DNA of 62,395 nt. Origin: Candidatus Omnitrophota bacterium. GTDB lineage: Bacteria; Omnitrophota; Gorgyraeia; JABMQH01. The position numbers and the translations under genes are program-made. Positions 52,572 through 60,106 of the stretch are shown piece by piece (positions within the stretch are counted from its first letter, which is position 1; every line of letters begins with the position of its first letter). The notes under the pieces were generated by a model. That model saw only the letters and a program-made list of their open reading frames with translations. It had not been told where the DNA came from and searched no databases. Where the stretch lies: the NCBI GenBank assembly GCA_028715645.1, contig JAQURK010000003.1, positions 1-62,395 on the forward strand. The letters run 5' to 3'.

Positions 52572-54956
52572 ATGAGAAGATTTTTTTGTTATTTAGCCTT
52601 TATTGCCGCCTTTTATATTACATTAGCCATAGTATCTTATGCTATATGCGCCTCGTTTGAGGAGGATTTTACCTTTGCCAAGAAGGCATTTGAGGATAAA
52701 TTTTATGACCTGGCCAGGGAAAAACTGGAAACAATCGTAAAGGTTTATCCCGAGAAAGACGAGGCGCGCGTTTTGCTCGGCCAAACGGATTTTTATCTGG
52801 GCAGGCTGGACGCCGCCCTGAATGAATTCGGCCAGCTTACGGAAAAAAACCCGCCCGGAGATTTTTTTGCGGACGCCATTTACTGGACAGGGGAGGTCCA
52901 TTTCAAGGCGGGCGACTACCGGTCCGCGCTGAATTTTTACGAAAGGCTTATCGATAATTTCCCAAAGTCAGCCCTTTTCAAATACGCCCTTTACTCAAAG
53001 GCCTGCGCCCTGTTTAACCTCAAGGACTTTGAAGCCGCAAGGGAGGCGCTCAAGCAGGTTGTCGAGAGATCGCCTGATGATGCCCTTGCCGAGGACGCCA
53101 AATTCAAACTGGCGGCCGTTCTTTATGAGACCGGCAGGTTTAAAGAGGCAAGGGATGAGCTGGTGTTATATTTAAAAAGTTATCCGACCGCCGGCTCTTC
53201 CAAAGAGGCCCATTATCTTCTGGCGGAGGTTGAATTTCACGAAGAGGATTATAAGGCGGCGGTTGAACATTACAAGGAGGCGGCGGTCAAACCCGTCTCT
53301 GGAAAATGGCTTCCGCTGGCGTATTATCACCTTGGGATGTCGTATCTTAACCTTGACATGCCCAAGGAGGCAAAAGAATTTTTCGAGGAATCGCTTAAGA
53401 TCTCAGGCGAAGGGGCGCTCAACGCGGAGGCAAGGCTTGCCATGGCAAAGGTCTATGATAAACTCGGCGATACAGCCGGGGCCGCGGCGGCATATAAAGA
53501 CCTGATAGAGATGCTTAAGTCCAAGAAAGATTTGGGAGGCACCGAAAAAGAAGGCGCCATCGAATACGAAGCAAGGTATAATTTGGCCTGGCTGTATAAA
53601 GGGCTCTCAAACAATAAAGACGCCGCGAGGGAATTCGAGGCGGTCAAGGACAACTCAAAAGACAAGGTCCTTAAAGTGGGCAGCCTCTGCGCCCTTGGCG
53701 ATATGGAATTCGAACAGAAAAAGTTTGATGAGGCGCTCGAAGATTACGAGGAAGTGCTTAATGACTTTTCAGACAGCTATTATGCGGATTACGCCCAGTA
53801 CCAGGTCGGGAATATCCTGCTTGAAACGGGGCGTTATGATACCGCGATCCTGGCCTTCCAGAGCCTTTTGGTGAATTTTAAAAAGAGTAAACTGCTTGAC
53901 GAAGGCCGCTTTAAGCTGGCCTTTACTTATTATAAAAAAGGCGATTATCAAAAGGCCTATCAGGGGTTCGGAGAGGTTTTAAAAAATTATCCTCAAAGCG
54001 AGTTCAGGGCCCCCGCCCAATTTTACGCCGCCAATTCCGCTTACGCCGTCGGCCGTTATGACGAGGCCTTGCGGCAATTTTCGGATATCGCGGCAAACGG
54101 CAAAAATGAGGAAGACCTGGTACGGAACGCCCGTTACATGACGGGATGGTGCTATTTCCAGAAGGGCCTTGAGAAAGAGGCGGTTATCGAATTTGAGAAA
54201 TTCCTGGCTGTCTATCCAAAGATAGACCTGAGCCCCAATGTGACCTTTTGGCTGGGCGAGTATTTTTACCATAAGAGAAAATTTCCCGAGGCAAAAAGAT
54301 ATTTCCAGAAGGTGATAAATGAATTCGGCCAAAGCGGCGCGGCGGATGACAGCGAATACTGGCTTGGGTGGGTATATTACGAGGAAGACGACCTTGAGGG
54401 CGCCAAGGGCCAATTCCAGAAGGTGGTCATGGATTATCCCAAGAGCGAATTTTCCGCCGAGGCCCTCTTAAAACTGGCCGACATATTCAAGGAACAAAAC
54501 ATGATCCAGGAGGCCTACGACGCCCTGAACGCCTGCATCATAAGGTTTCAGGGAACGAATTTTGAAAAGGTCGCCTACAGGAAAGTAGGAAACCTCCTCA
54601 TGGAAAATTTTCTTTTTGACAAGGCCATCGTTTATTTCAGAAAGGCCCTTACGAATAAAAGAACGGAACTGAACGCGCAGATACAATTCCAGATAGGCGA
54701 GGCCATGCAGGGGAAGGGCGCGCTGGAGGACGCGGTGGCCGAATACCTGAAGGCGGCGTATTTTTATCCGGACGCCAAATTCTGGGTAATAAGGGCGCAG
54801 TTAAAGGCGGCCGAATGCCTTGAAAAATTAAACAGGAAGGATGAGGCGGTTAGGCTTTACAGAAAACTCGCGGCAGAAGATGCCGAAGAGGCCAATACGG
54901 CTAAAAATAAACTGAAGGAATTAACTTCGTTAACCGGGCAAGAAGGAGGACGTTAG
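52572..54956 (+). CDS. large TPR-repeat protein (YbgF/CpoB- and BamD-like repeats) with an N-terminal membrane anchor
   Basis: Start taken at ATG 52572 (MRRFFCYLAFIAAFYITLAIVSYAI). About 790 aa of YbgF-type TPR units (..YWTGEVHFKAGDYRSALNFYERLIDNFPKS..). Confidence 0.8.
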   Translation: MRRFFCYLAFIAAFYITLAIVSYAICASFEEDFTFAKKAFEDKFYDLAREKLETIVKVYPEKDEARVLLGQTDFYLGRLDAALNEFGQLTEKNPPGDFFADAIYWTGEVHFKAGDYRSALNFYERLIDNFPKSALFKYALYSKACALFNLKDFEAAREALKQVVERSPDDALAEDAKFKLAAVLYETGRFKEARDELVLYLKSYPTAGSSKEAHYLLAEVEFHEEDYKAAVEHYKEAAVKPVSGKWLPLAYYHLGMSYLNLDMPKEAKEFFEESLKISGEGALNAEARLAMAKVYDKLGDTAGAAAAYKDLIEMLKSKKDLGGTEKEGAIEYEARYNLAWLYKGLSNNKDAAREFEAVKDNSKDKVLKVGSLCALGDMEFEQKKFDEALEDYEEVLNDFSDSYYADYAQYQVGNILLETGRYDTAILAFQSLLVNFKKSKLLDEGRFKLAFTYYKKGDYQKAYQGFGEVLKNYPQSEFRAPAQFYAANSAYAVGRYDEALRQFSDIAANGKNEEDLVRNARYMTGWCYFQKGLEKEAVIEFEKFLAVYPKIDLSPNVTFWLGEYFYHKRKFPEAKRYFQKVINEFGQSGAADDSEYWLGWVYYEEDDLEGAKGQFQKVVMDYPKSEFSAEALLKLADIFKEQNMIQEAYDALNACIIRFQGTNFEKVAYRKVGNLLMENFLFDKAIVYFRKALTNKRTELNAQIQFQIGEAMQGKGALEDAVAEYLKAAYFYPDAKFWVIRAQLKAAECLEKLNRKDEAVRLYRKLAAEDAEEANTAKNKLKELTSLTGQEGGR

Positions 54957-54957
54957 A

Positions 54958-55581
54958 ATGTTAGAGTTTATGCAGAAGGGCGGACCCGTTATGTGGGTCA
55001 TATTTTTGTGTTCTGTCGTGGCCCTGGCAGTGATCATTGAAAGATTTTGGCAGTTGAGACGGGCAAGGATAGACATCGATAAATTTATGAACGAGATATC
55101 CAGTCTTTTAAAGCGGAACAGGATAATGGAGGCGATCGAGATGTGCAACCAGACGCCCGGGCCTATCTCGCAGATCCTTAAGGCAGGCATCCTTAAACAC
55201 GACAGGTCCAAACCCGAGATAAGGGAGGCGATAGAAGACGCGGCCGTTGGGGAAATCCCCATACTTGAAAAAAACCTGAGCATGCTTGCTACCGTGGCCC
55301 ATATCGCGCCGCTTCTTGGTCTGCTTGGCACGGTTACGGGAATGGTAAGGGCCTTCCAGGTAATTGAGCAGAAGGCTACGGCGCTTCAGCCGGTAAACCC
55401 GAAGGACCTTGCGGGGGGCATCTGGGAGGCGCTCCTCACCACCGTATTCGGCCTTTGCGTCGCGATACCTACGTATGTCGCCTATAACTATTTTGTGAAC
55501 AAGGTCAACGGTTTCATACTCGAAATGGAGAAAACCGCTACGGATCTTGTTAATCTTCTTGCTTCAAGGAGGCAGGAATAA
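54958..55581 (+). CDS. MotA/TolQ/ExbB proton-channel protein
   Basis: 207 aa with three TM helices and a conserved C-terminal half (LATVAHIAPLLGLLGTVTGMV). Confidence 0.92.
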   Translation: MLEFMQKGGPVMWVIFLCSVVALAVIIERFWQLRRARIDIDKFMNEISSLLKRNRIMEAIEMCNQTPGPISQILKAGILKHDRSKPEIREAIEDAAVGEIPILEKNLSMLATVAHIAPLLGLLGTVTGMVRAFQVIEQKATALQPVNPKDLAGGIWEALLTTVFGLCVAIPTYVAYNYFVNKVNGFILEMEKTATDLVNLLASRRQE

Positions 55582-55983
55582 ATGAAATTTAAGCGACATG
55601 TTGAACTTGAAAAGGGCCAGCTTGACATAGCGCCGCTTATAGACATCGTATTCCAGCTCCTGATATTCTTTATGTTGACCTCAAGTTTTATTTTTCAACC
55701 TGGAATACAGGTAAATTTGCCGAAGGCGGTTACGAGCGAGGTAATCCATGAGAAAAACCTTATCATCCTGATTACCTCAAGCAATTATATCTATTTGAAT
55801 GACAGGGTAATAACCATGTCGGAACTTGCCTCGCGCCTAAGGATCGCGGCAAAGGAAAACAAACCGCTGCTGATCAAGGCGGACAGACGCGCCTCTCTCG
55901 GAAAGGTCGTAGAGGTATGGGACCTTTGCAGGGATGAAGGCATATCGCAGATTAATATTGCGACAAGCCAGGAGATAAAGTAG
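55582..55983 (+). CDS. biopolymer transport protein ExbD/TolR
   Basis: 133 aa. One TM helix with the conserved Asp (IAPLIDIVFQLLIFFM). Confidence 0.92.
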   Translation: MKFKRHVELEKGQLDIAPLIDIVFQLLIFFMLTSSFIFQPGIQVNLPKAVTSEVIHEKNLIILITSSNYIYLNDRVITMSELASRLRIAAKENKPLLIKADRRASLGKVVEVWDLCRDEGISQINIATSQEIK

Positions 55984-55990
55984 GTTTGCA

Positions 55991-56716
55991 ATGTTCAGGG
56001 ATAAGACCTTAAGCATCGCGTTTTTGATTTCCGTATCATGGCATGTATTCTTCATGCTGTGTTTTACGGTTGTAGTCCTGCCGGCGGGTTTTCCCATGCA
56101 CCGGATATCAAACGTCTCTTTTTTGGGACCCATTTTGGAAAAGACCGCGTTTGAATTGATGCTTGAAAAAAAATCAAGGTTCGAGCAGGACCCCTCATAC
56201 AGGGATATCATGAATTTAAGCGACGTCTCCTTATCGGGCAATGAAGTCGGATTTGACAAGTTGAAATTTATAGAGCCGTCTTTAAAGCCGGCAACGGATA
56301 ATGAAACAATGAGCGCAAACGATCTTTTTGGAACCTTTAAGATCACGCCGCCTTTTATAGAGGCCGCGAAAGAGCCGATGGAACCGGGCGAGGCGCAGGA
56401 AGGCGCCGTTTATAAATCCGAAGAGGACCTTGCGATAGAAGGGCCGCTTGCGCAAAGCGAGATATTATTTAAACCGGATGCCCCTGCCATAACCAAAAGA
56501 ATAGAAGAGGGGCAGGAATCATTCACGGTTGAATTAAGGTTTAAGGCCTCCGCCGCGGGAAATGTGGAGGAGGCGGTTTTACTGGTTTCAAGCGGATATG
56601 CCGATGTGGATATGGCAGCCATAAATTACATCAAGGGTTTTAAGTTTTCTGCCCCGTCCTCCGAAGATGCTAACGTCGGCTGGAACAAGGTAAGATTGAG
56701 GCTGAAGAGCAAATGA
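55991..56716 (+). CDS. TonB/TolA-like energy transducer
   Basis: 241 aa. N-terminal TM helix, an acidic/Pro-poor linker, and a C-terminal TonB_C-like fold (GNVEEAVLLVSSGYADVDMAAINYIKGFKFSAP). Confidence 0.7.
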   Translation: MFRDKTLSIAFLISVSWHVFFMLCFTVVVLPAGFPMHRISNVSFLGPILEKTAFELMLEKKSRFEQDPSYRDIMNLSDVSLSGNEVGFDKLKFIEPSLKPATDNETMSANDLFGTFKITPPFIEAAKEPMEPGEAQEGAVYKSEEDLAIEGPLAQSEILFKPDAPAITKRIEEGQESFTVELRFKASAAGNVEEAVLLVSSGYADVDMAAINYIKGFKFSAPSSEDANVGWNKVRLRLKSK

Positions 56717-56943
56717 TTAAGATAGAGATATCGCTGGCCGTATGCCTTTATCTTGTTTTTTCCGTTATAGGCTTTTTGATCATATGGCTGCTTATTGACT
56801 CGAAGAAAGGCGTAAAGAAAATTCATCCGGAGGAAAAATTTGTATGGCAGTGCTCCATATGCACCTTTTTTTATATCGACAGCCAGAATGACGAATTATC
56901 GATTTGTCCGAGATGCGGCAGTTATAATAGAAAGAGTGCATGA
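56713..56943 (+). CDS. small membrane-anchored zinc-ribbon protein
   Basis: 76 aa. ATGA overlap with the upstream gene. TM helix (ISLAVCLYLVFSVIGFLIIWLLI), then CSIC...CPRC. Confidence 0.6.
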   Translation: MIKIEISLAVCLYLVFSVIGFLIIWLLIDSKKGVKKIHPEEKFVWQCSICTFFYIDSQNDELSICPRCGSYNRKSA

Positions 56944-57012
56944 GTGCAGGAGTGCATAAGTGCATAAGTTCTCGAGAACTTATGCACTTATGCACATATG
57001 CACTTACGCACT
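56942..57012. repeat. octamer-built palindromic element with a 44-bp perfect core
   Basis: Perfect palindrome 56952-56995: GTGCATAAGTGCATAAGTTCTC|GAGAACTTATGCACTTATGCAC. Flanked by further degenerate GTGCATAA / TTATGCAC units. Confidence 0.95.
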
Positions 57013-57032
57013 AATGAAAGGAGGTGAGATTC

Positions 57033-57236
57033 ATGATAACAGAGATAGGCATTGTAGCGGGTGAGATATGGCATTACCTGGATGGGCACGGCAAGAGCAG
57101 CTTATCAGACATAATCAAAGGAATCGATAAGCCGAAGGACATCGCATTGATGAGCATCGGCTGGCTGGCAAGGGAAGGCCATGTCATTGTAGAAAAGGAA
57201 GGAAGGGATTACAAGGTCCAGTTAAGAAGCAAGTAA
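57033..57236 (+). CDS. small winged-helix protein (DUF2582-like, from memory)
   Basis: Start taken at ATG 57033, after AAAGGAGGTGA. 67 aa: MITEIGIVAGEIWHYLDGHGKSSLSDIIKGI...IGWLAREGHVIVEKEG. Confidence 0.6.
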   Translation: MITEIGIVAGEIWHYLDGHGKSSLSDIIKGIDKPKDIALMSIGWLAREGHVIVEKEGRDYKVQLRSK

Positions 57237-57249
57237 ATAAGGAGACCAA

Positions 57250-57513
57250 ATGGAAAGACACATAAAGACAGACGAACCGCTTCCCATAATCGCGCCGCTT
57301 AAAGTGCTGGATTATACCACCATAAATAAAAAATTTGGATGGTGGTCTGTCGTTGCCCTGATAGAATCATGGGGCAGGAAACAGGTATGCCTTTATTTGT
57401 GGCAGAGAAAAGGCACCAGGTGGGCCAGGAAGCAGAAATTCGCCATACACAGCCAGGAGGACTGGGGCATTATCAGCGAGGCCGTTGAAACCATGGTCTC
57501 GCAATTGGGATAA
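57250..57513 (+). CDS. hypothetical protein (Trp/Lys/Arg-rich, 87 aa)
   Basis: Good SD (AAGGAG) and tight spacing after the winged-helix gene. I recognise no motif. Confidence 0.5.
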   Translation: MERHIKTDEPLPIIAPLKVLDYTTINKKFGWWSVVALIESWGRKQVCLYLWQRKGTRWARKQKFAIHSQEDWGIISEAVETMVSQLG

Positions 57514-57534
57514 TAATTTTTTAAAGAACTTCGA

Positions 57535-57858
57535 ATGCCGGCAGTCAGATATATAACTATTTTCATTACGGCATCTTCCAGGAAAGAGGCCGAGAAAATT
57601 GCCCTATCGCTTTTAAAAAAGAGGCTTGTAGCCTGCGCCAATATTTTCGGCGGGGTCGATTCAATATTCAGCTGGAAGGGGAAGATTGATAAGGCGGAGG
57701 AGACGCTTATTATTCTTAAGACAAAAAGAAATTTATTTAAAAAAATTGTTTTAGAGGTTAAAAAAATACATAGTTACAAGACGCCGGAGATAATCGCGGC
57801 GCCTATTATTGAGGGAAGCAAGGACTATTTAGAGTGGATTAATAGAAATACCCAATGA
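57535..57858 (+). CDS. cutA: divalent-cation tolerance protein CutA
   Basis: 107 aa. Motifs LLKKRLVACANI, SIFSWKGKI, HSYKTPEI. Confidence 0.9.
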   Translation: MPAVRYITIFITASSRKEAEKIALSLLKKRLVACANIFGGVDSIFSWKGKIDKAEETLIILKTKRNLFKKIVLEVKKIHSYKTPEIIAAPIIEGSKDYLEWINRNTQ

Positions 57859-58682
57859 CAAAATCCCAATGTCAAATGAATGCCCAAATCCCAATGTCCC
57901 ATTTTGGACATTGGTTATTTTTAATTTTTATTTTATGTGTCTTAAGCGGCTGCGCTACCGTATATAATCAGGCGACCGGGCGGCAGGAAACAATGCTTAT
58001 AAGCACCGCAGACGAAGTCCGGATAGGCCAAAAGATGGCCGCTGAGATCGAAAAAAAGTACAAGCCGGATGAAGACATTTTTGTTCAGGCGCGATTGAGG
58101 GCCATTGGCAATGTGATCGCCGCAGTTTCCGACCGTAAAGACCTTACCTATTATTTTAAGGTGTTAAAAGACAAGGATGTAAACGCCTTTACGACGCCGG
58201 GCGGTTATGTGTACGTTTTCAGGGGACTTATCGACAAGACCGGTTCTGATTCTGAGCTTGCGTCCGTGGTTGCCCATGAGATTGGGCATGTCGCGGCGAG
58301 GCACGCGGCGAAAAAGATGGAGATTGACATGGGCTATAACCTCCTTATGTCTATTGTATTTTCCGGAAAATCAAACGCGGATACGGCGCGTTATATAGAC
58401 ATAGGTTTTAATCTCATAGCCCTTGGTTATTCAAGAGAGGATGAGCTTTTTGCCGATAAACTCGGCATACGCTATCTCATAAAGGCGGGCTACGATCCTT
58501 ACGGCATGGTGTCATTTATGGAAAAGATGGAGAAGATGGAGAAGGAAGAAGGGGGCGCGCCGATATACATCCTGAGTTCGCATCCTTACATGTCTCAGAG
58601 AATAGAAGAGGCCAGGAAGGAGATCGCAAGGCAGAAGACGCAAAAAGCCTTGCAGGAACAAGCGGTTAATGACAAAATATAG
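57855..58682 (+). CDS. M48-family zinc metallopeptidase, lipoprotein
   Basis: HEXXH in VVAHEIGHVAARH. Lipobox CVLSGC. The start is uncertain: ATG 57855, 57876 or 57894. Confidence 0.85.
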   Translation: MTKSQCQMNAQIPMSHFGHWLFLIFILCVLSGCATVYNQATGRQETMLISTADEVRIGQKMAAEIEKKYKPDEDIFVQARLRAIGNVIAAVSDRKDLTYYFKVLKDKDVNAFTTPGGYVYVFRGLIDKTGSDSELASVVAHEIGHVAARHAAKKMEIDMGYNLLMSIVFSGKSNADTARYIDIGFNLIALGYSREDELFADKLGIRYLIKAGYDPYGMVSFMEKMEKMEKEEGGAPIYILSSHPYMSQRIEEARKEIARQKTQKALQEQAVNDKI

Positions 58683-58817
58683 GTCTACGGCGAAGCAGAA
58701 GAGGTCTACTTCGCTCTTCGATATGGTAACAATAGTAGAGCTTCGTAGCACCTGCAATTGCTGCGAAGCCCCACCGGAGTGTTTCAAGTCAAAGGGCGAA
58801 GCAGAAGAGGAGGTCCC

Positions 58818-59198
58818 ATGGCCGATAAGCAAATAATCAAGATCCTTCTTGTAGATGATGAAGCAGAGGTTTTGAATACGTGGGGCGATATGATAGACCG
58901 CCTTGGATGGAAATGTTTCAGGGCGCCGACAGGGGAAATAGGCTTGGATATGTTTAAAATGTATAATATCGATTCGGTAATCCTGGATCTGAATCTTCCC
59001 AAAATGGATGGATTTGAGGTATTAAAGGCGATGAAACAATTAAAACCCGGCGTGCCGGTGGTAATCCTGACCGGATTGGGCTATGAAAAGGATCGGGTTG
59101 ATAAGGCAGTTGCGCTTGGGGCGTCCGGATATGTCGGCAAGGCCATGCCTGTCAAGGACGTCATATCAAAGATTAAAGCTGTTTTAGGTAAAAAATAA
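58818..59198 (+). CDS. single-domain response regulator (REC)
   Basis: Start at ATG 58818, after GAGGAGG. ILLVDDE, phospho-Asp in VILDLNLPKMDG, and GKAMP. Its stop abuts tRNA-Ala. Confidence 0.9.
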   Translation: MADKQIIKILLVDDEAEVLNTWGDMIDRLGWKCFRAPTGEIGLDMFKMYNIDSVILDLNLPKMDGFEVLKAMKQLKPGVPVVILTGLGYEKDRVDKAVALGASGYVGKAMPVKDVISKIKAVLGKK

Positions 59199-59269
59199 GG
59201 GGCCGTAGTAAAATGGCATTACGCAGCGTTCGCAACGCTGAGTTACGGGTTCGACTCCCGTCGGCTCCA
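59199..59269 (+). tRNA. tRNA-Ala (anticodon CGC)
   Basis: Hand-folded: GGGGCCG / GTAA-AATGGCA-TTAC / CAGCG-TTCGCAA-CGCTG / AGTT / ACGGG-TTCGACT-CCCGT / CGGCTCC-A. G3:U70 alanine identity pair present. No encoded CCA. Confidence 0.88.
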
Positions 59270-59275
59270 TTTTCA

Positions 59276-59368
59276 GGGACGTTTTTAAAATTGAACCTAG
59301 AAGTGTCCCCTATTTAAAAAAGTTTTTTAATAAGAGGACACTTCTAGGTTTAGAAATGAAAACGTCCC
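59276..59368. repeat. 93-bp imperfect palindrome (three nested dyads) between tRNA-Ala and the convergent gene; probable bidirectional terminator
   Basis: GGGACGTTTT (59276-85) pairs with AAAACGTCCC (59359-68). AACCTAGAAGTGTCC (59294-308) pairs with GGACACTTCTAGGTT (59336-50). TTAAAAAA-G-TTTTTTAA (59314-30). All are centred on 59322. Confidence 0.85.
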
Positions 59369-59937
59369 TATTGTTTTTTGTAGGGCTTGGGCATCATCAT
59401 TTCATGGGATTCGGCCTTTTCGTGGTCTTTATCCGTCATGCCGCAAGTCATATCCCCCGTCATGCTCGCCATCCACATATCCTTTAGCTTATTTTGCTGG
59501 TCCTTAGTAAGGATCTTCTGCAGGTTGACATAGGCGGCTACAAGGTCCTTGGCCTTAGATGCCTTCGCGGCGTATTTATTGTCTATAAGGCCGTTTATGG
59601 CATTAACATCGATAGGCGACTTCATAAACGCCTGCATTATGTCAAGTTCCAGCGACTCAATGGCAGCGTCCTGCATTATTACGGCCTTTTTGGCGGAATA
59701 CACGAGCTCTTTTATTTTTGTCTCCTGATCTTCCGTCAGATTGATCTCGGCCCCGTTCGCAAGGATATAATGGGTTTTCATGAAGAACAAGTCATCCATC
59801 TCCATGTTTGCGCGCATCTTCATGTTTTTCATCATCATATTGCACCTATCCATGTGACCTTCATCGGCTAAGACTTGTAAAGACAAAAGCGCCAGGCAAG
59901 ATACGGCAAATAGAAAAACCTTTAATGTATTTTTCAT
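59368..59937 (-). CDS. periplasmic Spy/CpxP/ZraP-like protein (LTXXQ family), Met/His-rich
   Basis: 189 aa with a signal peptide. Two LTxxQ motifs (LTEDQ, LTKDQ). Met-rich N-terminal part (CNMMMKNMKMRANMEMDD) and tail (HEKAESHEMMMP). Confidence 0.7.
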   Translation of the reverse strand: MKNTLKVFLFAVSCLALLSLQVLADEGHMDRCNMMMKNMKMRANMEMDDLFFMKTHYILANGAEINLTEDQETKIKELVYSAKKAVIMQDAAIESLELDIMQAFMKSPIDVNAINGLIDNKYAAKASKAKDLVAAYVNLQKILTKDQQNKLKDMWMASMTGDMTCGMTDKDHEKAESHEMMMPKPYKKQ

Positions 59938-60106
59938 TTTTTCACCTCCTTTCTACAGATTATATGTATTCAATATAGCACATTGGACTTTAAAGAAAAT
60001 GTGATTCTGCCTCTTTTTTCGGACTTATTTCCATATATACGACAAACGATTGGAAATAATCATTGCATTGCGCGCCAAAAAGGGTAAAATAAAATTAAAA
60101 GCAGAT

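Noticed and set aside
58518-58544. 9-nt tandem repeat ATGGAAAAG ATGGAGAAG ATGGAGAAG (MEKMEKMEK) in the M48 peptidase
   Set aside because: It is an in-frame, charged low-complexity linker of a kind common in proteins. It has no frameshift potential and no relation to the other repeat families.
59199-59370. Genomic island or prophage integrated at tRNA-Ala or tRNA-Met
   Set aside because: The genes flanking both tRNAs are ordinary chromosomal genes. I saw no integrase, excisionase, phage or plasmid gene, and no duplicated tRNA 3' segment.
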